From the NCBI GenBank assembly GCA_002633005.1, contig NMRA01001140.1, positions 1 through 46,196 on the forward strand: a stretch of DNA of 46,196 bases. The letters are read 5' to 3'. The stretch comes from Phoronis australis. Its lineage: Eukaryota; Animalia; Phoronida. Made by a program: the position numbers and the translations under genes. Shown piece by piece: positions 1 through 11,900 of the stretch. Each line of letters opens with the position of its first letter. The first letter of the stretch is position 1. Under the pieces are notes generated by a model. The model ran no database searches and had not been told where the DNA came from. It was given only the letters and a program-made list of their open reading frames with translations.

Positions 1-239
1 GAATGTTCATTGTGTAGCTTGGAACTGCATTGTGGGTGGCTCATTACATTGGCTGCGTGTAGGAAAGCAAAAACTAGTGATACAGGCACATCCTTTATAT
101 CGGCAGCCCGAGCATCATAATGACGGATACTTCTACACAGATGAACAGAGTATACATCAAACCTTCTGTAATAATACCCACCACTATCCAATAGCCAACA
201 CCACAGATGAGGGACACTTCACAGTAATCAGGAAAAAAT

Positions 240-2740
240 GGATTTTACTGAAACCCTCTCGACCCCCACACCCCTCGACCTCCTCGACCCACAACCCCCT
301 CGACCCATGACCTATGACCCACGACCCTCTCGACCAACGAACTGTGGCAAAAGAGGTATCTGTGCGTTTTTTACATATTTCATAATCTTTTTACGTCTCT
401 GGCCGACTTTCTCATAAGACACATCTATACGCAAGTCTGCTCTGGCGGAAGTCTGATGATTGAAAACAGAAAGTGACGTGAGAACGTGGTGGTCTATGAT
501 GGGCCGTTGGGGGGAAAGTGTCGCCGGAAAAATACGAGCGTAATTGTATACATTACGCCGTTAATTACGCCGTAAAATTACGAGCGTAATTTAATTCTTT
601 ACGGCGTAAAATTACGCTCGTAATTTAGTTTAAACTATTAACCAATGACNTATTAAGTTTTGGGCGGCCAACTACTTTAACAGTCGCAGTTAACGACTTC
701 ACAGTAGCGGGTTTTTCTTCGCAGTACTAGTAGAACATGTATGGGACAGGATGTCCTTCATCTATGGGTATTTCAAGAGATTTGCTTTTTTCTGTGAGCC
801 AACAGTAACACGCCAATGTACGTCAATGGAAATTGTCCAGCATTATGATAGCAAGAAAGGTGTTTATACCAACAGGTAGGAACCTCCTGTCCGCATTACA
901 TGGGACTTGTAGTTGATGTTGAACGTCTGTGCCCCAAAGACCTGATTGCCGTCTGGAGGGATATGGGATAGTGAATTTTAATATGGTTTGGGGTATTTCG
1001 AAAATCAGCTACAGGTACTAATTTTTGTGTTCACGAGCTTCACTCTCGATGCTTGGCGATTGTTTGCATAACTTCTCTCTTTTCTTGCATGACATTTGCT
1101 TTACAGAACACACCCCTCTAATCCACTTCTTACAAATCTTGTATCTAGTTTGATGGCTTTTTAAACTTGAAAATTTTGACATCATTTTCACCTGGACTTT
1201 AAGAGTCAACTACAGACTGTAAAACAATTCAGTAGTGCTATAATCTTCCCTTTCCTGCTTTTTGAACCCATCAGAACACTAAAACACCAATTCAAGTTAT
1301 TTCTATATATATTAACGAACACAATTCAGCATTGTCATTTAACAAGTGAGGAGTTAGACTGTGTTCCTCAGTTATACACAGATAAAGTCCAGTTTTTTTG
1401 TTCTGACCATCAGAAGCGAACCAATGACTGTCTATTTGCTAAAAGTAAGGGCCTGTGCAGACGGATAGCTACGAGCTCAGCTGTCTGCTATGATGGGCCG
1501 TTGGGGGGAAAGTGTCGCCGGAAAATACGAGCATAATTGTGTACATTACGCCGTTACGCCGTTAATTACGCCGTAAAATTACGAGCGTAATTTAAGTCTT
1601 TACGGCGTAAAATTACGCTCGTAATTTAGTTTAAACTATTAACCAATGACGTTGGGTTTTACAATCCAAGATCGCGCACGCTCATGAAAATACTTATATA
1701 CTGGCGGGTTTCATGTCTACGATACGAGCGCTGAATCATGGCGGATCAAATCGCTGCTGCCATGTCAGCGATTGTGCAAGAACGAGCTGCCCAGCAACAG
1801 TTGTGTATGTTAGGTCATCACTGATTGGTTTAAATTTGGAACGTTCGTAAGGTATTTTACGAGCGTAATTTACGGCGACATTTACCCCATTTAATTTATG
1901 GGCGTAATTTTACCGCAACACTTTTGCAATTTAACTTACGCTAGTAATTACGAGCGTAATTTTACGGCGAAACTTTTCCCCATTTAATTTAGGAACGTTA
2001 TTGTACGGCGACACTCCTGCAATTTAATTTACGCTCGTAATTACGAGCGTAATTTTACGGCGACACTTTCCCCTCAGCGGCCCACCATAGTGGTCATGAA
2101 CAGCGCATTGCGGGTGCGCTATCGTCATCCCTATATCGCGCTAGTCGACATAACCCCCAGCAAAGTTCCACGAGCGCCTATCAACGACACTGTTCTAATA
2201 AACTTAGGGAGAGAGAATACGTTAAAGTGAATAGTCATAATTTCAAATTTTTAATCTTTGCTTTATATTTTATACTGCTGTACAATATACTCCATATAAA
2301 GTTGAAATACTTTTCAGTTAACACTTTGTTTGTTTCAAACTGTATTTACTGGTGAAATTGCAGTTTTGTCGGTTCCTCGCACTCTGCAATTCAAGGAAGA
2401 GCAGACGAGGCGATTACACTCTGCGACATTTGTAAGGTTGGTAGGTCTTAGATTTGATTTGGTCACGTTGTTTCTTCTGTTGTTTTTTGGCATTCAAACT
2501 TGCCGAATCGACTACCTTAATTGCAAAAACAGGAAAAAACCAGCTGAACTCACGGCCCAACTCATTGGTCCTACAAGTCGGCGCTTTTTCTATGTTCAGA
2601 TTGAGTCAAGCTTGTGTGGACTGAGTCGACGGGCTTCTGGATCCTGGGTCGAAGATCGTAGGTCGTAGGTCGAAGGAGTTGTGGATCGACGGGGTCGTGG
2701 GTCGAGGGATGAGGGGGTCGAGGGGGTTTCAGAACAATCC
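240..2740. mobile_element. Non-autonomous TIR element, family A (CGACCC-repeat ends), interrupted by a nested insertion at 494-2090
   Basis: Left end ggattttactgaaaccctctcgacccc matches the reverse complement of the right end (ggattgttctgaaaccccctcgacccc). The internal sequence aligns with the uninterrupted copy at 40625-41471. Flanks ggaaaaaat / agaaaaact may be a decayed 9-bp TSD. Confidence 0.8.
494..2090. mobile_element. TIR element rich in TTACG/CGTAA motifs, nested in family A; left end present twice (494-649 and 1488-1650)
   Basis: TIR ctatgatgggccgttggggggaaagtgtcgccg vs reverse-complemented right end ctatggtgggccgctgaggggaaagtgtcgccg. tggt flanks both 494 and 2090. 1488-2090 is a complete unit of about 600 bp. 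Confidence 0.8.
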
Positions 2741-2860
2741 AGAAAAACTGACCTTTTATGCAAAAACCAGTGCATACTTTATTACTTTACAGTCATTCAG
2801 CTCATGTGCGTTTCACGTTACAAAATTCAGACGGAATTTCCTGACCATCTCCTTTTACAG

Positions 2861-2967
2861 CACTACTACTAACACAGGGACTTTCCAGCGATTTTTTCGT
2901 CACAGTGCCAAACATCTACCACGAAGGAAAACAGATCGACGTGCTGTCTCTCAGCTCAGTCAGTGAA
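2861..2967 (+). CDS. ADAM exon w1: end of signal peptide/prodomain start ([36 protein letters not shown])
   Basis: Acceptor ccttttacag, donor gtaagt, phase 1 to 0. FVTVP resembles the ADAM prodomain start. Joins the next exon in frame. Confidence 0.75.
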
Positions 2968-5900
2968 GTAAGTAGTAAATATTACAGGGACAGTGGCGTT
3001 GGTTTAGATACTTTTAGGTAAACAAGTCGGACTTTTAACTGGCTAACATAAACCTGAGAGTGATCCTCGACAATCGATCCTTTTGATTGCTGCACAGTCT
3101 ATGGACATTACTGTTCGTGCTAAATCCAATTCCAGACCCTTATTATCTACATATGGCATGTATACATCAATAGCCTTAACTGTTGTTGCACTATGACTGT
3201 GATTGCAGAGTGGTCCAGTTCACCTGTCAGTGGAGCTGAATGCATTTCATCGAAACCTTATACTCGATCTCCAGCTCAATCAGTAAGTTTCTCATCATAA
3301 AGTGTTGGTGAATATGAGGCTCTCAAAATGACCACGAAATATAAGTCGTCATTTCCCGGCACCGTACTTCATAGTGTTTAAGTTTCCCCAACTTCTTCCT
3401 TAGTGACACAGAATCTATCTTTGTATTAAGTCAGCCACCCGATGGCAACCTGCAACATAGAAGCAGCAGGAGTGATCGGACAAGTGCTTGTGATTTGTAA
3501 TTGTCTCTGATGTAATATTCCAATAGATTGGGTGGTAACATTCGAACCTTCCCACAGGTAAAATTGAGAAAAATACCTGGCACTTGCGACTCCAGTAACA
3601 ACAGGCAAAACACCGATGTATTCTACAAGAGTTCGAGTTCTCTGATAACAATGTGCAAAATACGTAACTGTGGTTCTCAAAGTGCTTTTTGTCATGGGGG
3701 ATACTACAATGTTCATCTAAGTCTCAAATGCTGTTCGAAATCCCCAGAATTCTGGTTGTTTGAGTTTGCTATTTAAATTCATGTCCGTCCATCGCTAAAT
3801 GATTTTTTAAGTGAGACGTTGATACTGGGTAGAGTTCAATAGCTTTATCGCGGCGAGAAAAAACACGTGATCTCATTTAAAATATAAATTTAGCTTTTCT
3901 AGCAAGGTGCTAGCGTTATTTAACTCTACCCTACTTTTCACTACAAGGGAGGAAGCACGGGACCTCCTCCCAAAGCATACGCGCACCCAGGGGAGGGGGG
4001 CTCGGGAACTCGAACGAGCCCCCATTTGGCGAAGTGGGCTAAAAGGTCCGCCTCTGAGAAACAAGTCCGAGAGAATGAGATAAAAGTCCACTTTACAGGC
4101 ACAAACGCGCAATTCACAGTGGTGCCCGAAGCCCTCGTTTTTTTTCTTATTAGTCCGCCCGCTTTTTGTTACCAAACGGTAGACAACGTCAGGAAGCCGA
4201 GCCCCCCAAATAGAAGGTTGCGTGAGCGCCTGAATTGTGCAGAACATTAACAGAGGGTTTACGTTTTGTCTAGGAATTCACATTTCCCATCGGATATTGG
4301 CATCGTTGACTGCAACTGTGTATAGCTAGGGTACTGCAGTTTCAGCGATGTCCAGGTAGGCTACAGTAGTTTCAACTGTGTGTAGCTAGGATAATGTAGG
4401 TTCAACGGCAAGAATTCTTCGCTGCCTTGTAATTTGTTGAAGCAGTGGAATTTGGAAATTCATATGAGAGCAATTTTAAAATTAGAGCCACCAAGAAATT
4501 CACCCAGTGGTTCCACATATCAGGCGTTCATTTCTAGGCACGCATGTTGTAGATTTACCATCGAAAAATTCGAGTTACTGAACATGGACTTCAGCAAGAA
4601 CAATCTATCACTTCACACCTCAAACACAATCATATTAATTTTATATTTATAAGTGGTATACTTAGGTTCTGACCAGGGTAATCGCTGGAAGATATTTTCT
4701 GGTATCACGTCATTATGCCAGCTGCAAAAGAGATCTTGTAAAAATGTACCACAACAGCATAGTTATGAGTGTTTTGACATGGTCATGTCATCCTTCAGAT
4801 TTACCTAGCCTGAAAAGTAAGATGACGATGACTTATAAATGTCCATGATGGTTTTCAGTGTCATGTTGGAGCCCTGACCACGAAAGCGGTTTATTACATT
4901 TGTATTTTGTTGTAGAAAACTCGTTACACGGAACTTTGTCGTAAAGTATTATCTGCCTGATGGAACAGCTGTCGTGAGACAGCCAGACAATAAGGTTTGA
5001 AAAAGTTTTCATTACTCATGCAAAACAAATTGTGTTAGCGTCGGTTTTTTCGTTTTATTTGCATTAACGATCTTGCCACACCAAGGCAATTCTCAAGCAT
5101 ATTGACAGCAGCAGTCTAAAACTGAGTTTCGAAAGGGATGAATTGTGGAATCCCTTATTGCTACTTTGAAGGAAAACGCCATAGTACGTGTTACATTCAA
5201 TGCAGCGGTCTTCTGCCAAAGTTTCTCTTTTGCTCCGTCACAAGACTGTGGGAACTTGAGAACTGACTCCGGTGTTTTAAAAAGGGGCTGTTACAAGGTC
5301 CTGGTCGAAAGACGCCGTTTGAGATTCGATGCCGAGAATTGACCAAGGTTTCAAACACAGTAGCGTCTTTGATACCTATGATACGCTAAATCAATTCGCA
5401 ATTGAAATACGATCTTGTTAATTTATATACCATGCGTAGTTCCCACGTGTCAATTCAACAACTATTCTCAGCAAATCACGTCACTGCAAACGAAAATCCG
5501 CAGTTTTGTCCTGCAAACAGTGGTTGAGAACGAAGCCGTAACGATCTGATGGTTTTGCAATGCACTTTGGGAACTTGCATTGCCAATCGATGCTATAATG
5601 AGAAAAAGATGTTCGGAAGACTTCACGATCAAATGAATATAAAAACCGAATATCTATGGATAAGCAAGAACCAAAATGAAAGGAATTCATCTTCCTAATG
5701 TTTCACCGACAGTTCTGATTCTATTGTCTTGAAGAATATATATCAAACGTTGAACAATGAATGTGTATGGCAACGTGCCTTATGGAGATACTAGACCACA
5801 TCTGGTCACTGAGCATTTTCAGATGCAGTCAAACTGCGGCAGGAGCAATTAGGTGTTAAAACCGTCATTTGAGCTAATGAAATGAGCTTCAAGAGCCCCA

Positions 5901-8900
5901 ATTCTGTCGCCAAACTTTAAAGTATTAGGCCAAACAACCGACACTTCACTGCCCAATGGACTGGCGTAATCTATGAATGGGTTGTGTACCTTTGTTCTTG
6001 GATACCCCGCTGCATGTGTTAGTTTCAATTCCAGAGGATCTATTTGTTATTGAGCTCTGAGTTTCCTTCACAAAACGGTCATGTCTAGCTTAAAACAAAT
6101 GACTATCGGTCATCAAGTCGAATTTACTCGATTCTAGAGCCTTCACAATTGCTACTACCAAGGTCGCGTGCGCAGTCAACCTAACTCAAGCGTTGCTTTG
6201 AGTACATGTCAGGGCCTGAGGTTAGTTCACATTTACCACGTATCTTATAGGATAATATTGCCTTTTTGAATGCGTTTTGGTTACTTAATTTAGAAATTTT
6301 GTTTCGTTCTTTTTGGTGGATTTATATAAAAACGATATCACATGGTCTTCAAACCCTAAGTTTGACCGTGTTATCAACTGACGCAACGTAAGTACAGTGC
6401 TCGTGTTACTGGTTGAATGGACTTTGCTTAAGTTTTGTATCTTGCTTCTGACATCATTGCTCATGTCGAAGGCAATTTGTCTAACAGAGATTGGATTGAA
6501 CGCCTGTTCGCGTCATAGCCAATGAAAACGATTACGGGAACTAAATAGTGTGAGAACACAGCTCATTCGGACTACTTCACGTGTTCAAGGCTTGATCACT
6601 ACGCCATTTTCCCGGTCTCAACGTGATGTACAATTAAAAGTGTACTTCTTTAATGTTTTGTCAAGCACAACAGTGTGAATTAACAAAGTTATTGACGTTT
6701 TAAATTTTGATTATTCGTTTTTAAACTTGCCTGATGATAATGTGGTAAGTGAGTTGGCCGTTTTAGCTCATTAAGTATGTCCCACTATCATCGATCATCG
6801 ATCCAAACCTGGCCAATACTGTTTACACTAAATGTACATAATGAAAAGCCAGAGTTACACACACTTCCTGTATGGCGGCATCTGAGGAAGTATTTGGCAT
6901 TGCATAGGCGGATTTAGGGGGAGGGGCAGGCATATTTCCCTACACCAAACTGAGATGAACTAGAAAAAATTCACCCTCAAAACCGTGGGATTTTGTAGAA
7001 AAGCTTGTTGTCTATAAAATAGTACCAGGCTGTTTTGAATTATAATTAGCGATCATTAACTGTCACCAGCAGACTCGACTTCCTGGTTGGTTAACTTAAA
7101 GTCGAATTTTATCATAAACTCCACTCCAAAAAGGCCCGTATCAAAACATCACCTTGATGGGCTTTTGTTACGTCCATAAAATACATGTATGGCTAAACAC
7201 ACCTGTACTTATGAGGGAATCGCGGCACTGGACTCAGTTTGTGAAATGATAGCCAATTAAATGAGTGAATACTAGTAAATTGCTTAATTCACTTATCAAA
7301 CTAGCCAAATTTTGTAGAAAATCGCTGTATATCACAGACGTGAATGACTCTACTTCCTAATTGGTGAACTTTGCAATTTTACCTCCAATGCGGGAGAGCT
7401 TCATAGAATTGCCAAAGAGCCTATTATGTAGAATTCCACAGACATTTCTAAAATTTCCCCCGGTTTTGATGATGAAATACTTTTATTTCATCTCAGTTTT
7501 TTGTAGGAAAATATCCGGCTCGAAATATTTTGGAAATACTTTTTTAATAAAAGTCTTTTGAAATGACATACTTGTTAGCCACTCTCACATATAAATACAT
7601 GCGAATATGAGATGTGCTGAAATACGCTTTCATCACATGACAACCATCAGTGTCTGCTAGACATCTAACAAAATCGAAAGCGAAGGATGGTGGTGCCGCT
7701 TCTCGGTGGTCACTGATTTTCTACCTCCCATTCGACGGACACCAATTTAACGCTCCCTTTCCCCCAGTCGTCATTAATTTTGTGCCTCTTCCGTTCGTTT
7801 GTGTCGCCCTTCCCTCGATATTTCCCCCATTTTGTCCAGGAACCGCTCCCGCAACCTATACAATCACGTGACCTAATAATCGTGAATTTCACTTAGGTCT
7901 CAAAGTTAGCAATTGGAAATTGGGAATGCAGGTCGACGTTATGAGAGGTCATAGCCTTAGGTACCCTCACAGCTTTCGAGGACAGCGTGCTGTAATATCT
8001 GATGACGTTACTGATGTATGTCGTTTTGTTCAAATGCAAGTGTATGGTGATGTACTACCTTTCTTTCCAGAGGGATGATCAACAGTGCCGATACTTTCTT
8101 TCTAGAACCATCACACTTGTCAAATGGAGAACATTATGTTCATAGAACAGCGCGAGGTAAAACACATGGCAGTCTGAACGACGGCACTCCGGTCGACAGC
8201 GGACTTCGCAATGATTTTTATACCGAGTTTAACGACAGGGTAGGCCTACCTTTACGGATGGGATCTGTGCACATTTTAATTTAGTTGGAAGTGCCTTTGA
8301 GTTAGCTACACGTGTGTCACATACACTGATAGAGACGTCAATGGGACACACTCGCGTTCGAGAAACACACTGTTTGGGCTTAGTGTTGGATGGTCTTCAT
8401 GTTCGAAGATTTGAACAATGCTGTTAACAACAAACGTAGATGGCAGCCAGTCATTTGTTGAAATACAGGCCGGTGACTTATTGGTTTATGTTCGTTTTTG
8501 ACCATAACATGAGGATGAAATTGACAATCAAGGTTTTACGAAATTCTGTCTTTATAACAAGTACTTGATGTTTCACAACTTCCACTGATCTGTGTTACCA
8601 AGAAAAGAAAATTAATACACACAACATGCAAAACATATGGCGGAAAAACTATGTGAATAGCTGTATGTCATAGGATAATGACATTCTATTGAGTTGGGAT
8701 TGCTTGTAAATTCCGCCTGTTTGTAAAAGAAAGTTAAAAAATTTTAGGCCAAAACCCCAACTCAATAGAATGTCACCATCCTATGACATCCACCTATTCA
8801 CATTGTTTTTGTAATTCTTCCGCCATATGTGGCATGTTGTGTGTATTCATTCTCTTGACAATACACCTCAGTGGAAGTTATGAAACGTCGAGTACTTGTA

Positions 8901-11900
8901 TTAAAGATGGAACCTTATGAAATCTTGACCACCAGTTTTATCCCGTTATCAGTTTGATAAAACTTAAAGCGCCCTGTGACGTGCAGAATGAGATTTAGCT
9001 CCGCTGACGTACCGCTGATGTCGTTAGTCCGAATCCCTCTTGGGTTGATCTAAAATTCAAGTTTCTCACAGACTGCGCCACGTTACATTGTAGGTCTCTT
9101 TAATTCTAAATATTCATTGTGAAGCATAATTACGGTGGCCTCATTTTCATAGGAATCATTTATTTGTTGTGACTGCACATTTTTACTCGGAGTTTGTGGT
9201 TCGAGTCTAAGGGGTCACCAAGCGCACAAACTAAAATATACTCGATTAAAAATATAGACAATGATCTGAACTTCGTATTAAAGTTGAAAGGAAAATGTCA
9301 AAAATAATTTTGAGTTCGATTTCGAGTACAGAATTAAGACCCCGCACCCGAGTTATCACAAAATCGTCATTAAAAAGTATTGCGTAAACATGTCCTCTGA
9401 CGTGGCTTTATTCGCGCTGGCTTTCATTTGCAATAGAGGTCAACACGTCGACAAGGAAATTTGTCACCTGACTAACAGAATGTGGGAGTTCTAGACGGTC
9501 TCACAACACACTAATATGTTATATGCGCCCTAAGAATTTTCTGCTGAAAAAACAAACTGCGTGTTTGAAATGAAGCTGCTAACCAAACTCATGTACATGT
9601 ACTTGTAGTGCACTGGAGTCTAATCATTCCTAAAATTCTTCACTTCATTCCACTAGCCAAATTTCTGAAAATATCCAAAAATAGAAGAAGTGCATCTATA
9701 TCCCGACATTCCTTTCAAGCATGATTTAATTCTAATGGTTTGCATGTAGGCGCATGCGCCTAATTCCGGATATAGGCACAGATTGAATTATAGATGCATG
9801 GGCTTAAATACGCGCCTATAGGGTAAACTTCACACACACTTCCATTTAACACGCATGTCAAACTGCGAGTTGCATACTGAAAAATGAAAAGGTGCACAAA
9901 TATTCAAATTGTTGTTTCACGTCGAAAATCTCGTTTTTTAGCTGCGACGTTCAGTTAAAGAACCCGCCAATCCGAGTGGATACAATCGCTATGTGGAACT
10001 CTTTCTTGTAGCTGACAACTCAGTGGTAAGAATTGCTACATGTCGCAAGACAACTGTTCTTTTCACTGTAGAGACTACATAAGGATACTTTTTACGTCTG
10101 GTCAGTCTTCAAGCTTTAAAAAAGCCACAAAAGAGCGGACTGTACACGTAGGTCTTATTGAAGCAGGCATGCCCGTGCGTTAAATATATAATTTAAAATT
10201 GTCTGACAAATCATCTCCAATAAAATTATTTGCTCAATATCATCAAACAACAATTTAGTCATTCTTGTCAGATTCATGAGAAGCTATAGACGTTTTAAGT
10301 TCCCGTCATGCTTTCAAGCTAAAGCACAGGTTTGTGGTTCCGTGACCAAGGCTGGTGTGTTTTTGTCCTTTGAGGGAACTTCACTCGTATCGTAGTGATA
10401 ACGTAAAGATACCCTTTCAGATTTCGTTTAGTTTAAAACTTCCTAAAACGAATTTTAGCGCATGTTAATTCAGTCGAAAAGTAATCCCAAACTATACTCC
10501 TTCAACACAACTCCAAATGTTTTCAAACATAACTCAATTGAAAATGATTTTTAGTTTAATTTTTGGTGGTGCACCGGCACGGGAGTGACAGCTGACTCGT
10601 GTATTGTGGGTAATCACTCAACTACTGCCATAGGTAAGGAGATTTCCGCGGAAACCCCGCCCACATTTGAAAAATACTATAAAAATAGGGCAAATATAAA
10701 TGGCGCTGATATTTTAGTGATAGCTTTCGACTTACAAAACTCGCCATATGTTCTAAGCTGGTGAATTTAAAAGAAAGTGTGTCTTTATGTACCAACTACG
10801 AGAACTACTCGTATCAAAACGAACAGTATTTTATCGTTATTTTCAGTACAAAGGCATGAGTAACAACCGGCATGACGTAACTCGAAGACTGCTGGAGATA
10901 TCTAACCTTGCTGGTAGCGTGAGTAAAGACACGTATTAAGTCGCTATACAGCGCAGCGATATTTGTAGTATCATGAAACCTCCATTGTTCACAAAATAGG
11001 GTCCAAACTTCAAGTTAAAATCACAAATATGCATGAAGTACATGTATCCCGACAAGCATGAAGGTAATGACGAAACACATAAATCTGAATGACGTGATAT
11101 TTATTTACTTTAAATTGTTCAAAACGTTTAGCAGCTTGTTAACGGAATGGGAAGCACGGAATGTTGACGGATCGAAGAACAGATTTTCAGGTCCGAACGA
11201 TGAACAAAATAAATGGAAATGTTGAACAGGATATCAGTATTATGAAGTTGTGATGTGGTGGACTAGCCGTTCTCTTACACCCACCTATATTTATGTGGGC
11301 GCATTATGACGTCTTTCCTGCTGCTTCGTCGTCCGTCCAACGATTATCTGGCATCCGCTCAGCGTCCGTTCGGTGTCCGTCCGGCCTCCGGTGGCTGGGG
11401 GGCGGCGCCCGCTGCCATTGGTGGATATTTATTAAATATTACAGCATGGTCCTATCATGAATTTGACTACACGAGCGAATTTACGAGTGGACCACTTTAT
11501 CTTTGATGTCACTTGAGGGATTTCCTTAACGTTAGTGGGCAGCTTCCCAACTGTCTGTCTTACGATATTGTTATTCTTGGACTTTACAAGACGCATGATT
11601 TTCTATTTAACATTTTACTTCTACTAGCTAAACAGTACATTTACAAAGAGAGATGTCATAAAAATATACCTAATTTTCTCAAGTTCGTTACAAAAACTTA
11701 TGAATATTATAATGCTGAAAAATTAAATGCACATAAAAACTTTGTACATGACAGCTTCTCTGCAAAATGGGAAAAATTTATTGTTCATGTTAACTTCATG
11801 TAGAAGATATTTACTTTAAACGAGATATGAGAATGGTCTTCCTGAGGTGTGCATGCGTGAATGAATGGTGTACTTATTTGGTTGTTTGTTTTTTGTAATT

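Noticed and set aside
1-2860. Search for the ADAM start exon (ATG + signal peptide ending in phase 1)
   Set aside because: No convincing candidate. The region is mostly transposon-derived, so the first exon is probably upstream of the window.
11275-11432. Possible short Helitron/DINE-like element (GTCC repeats, GC hairpin)
   Set aside because: Single copy in the window with unclear ends; not enough evidence to call.
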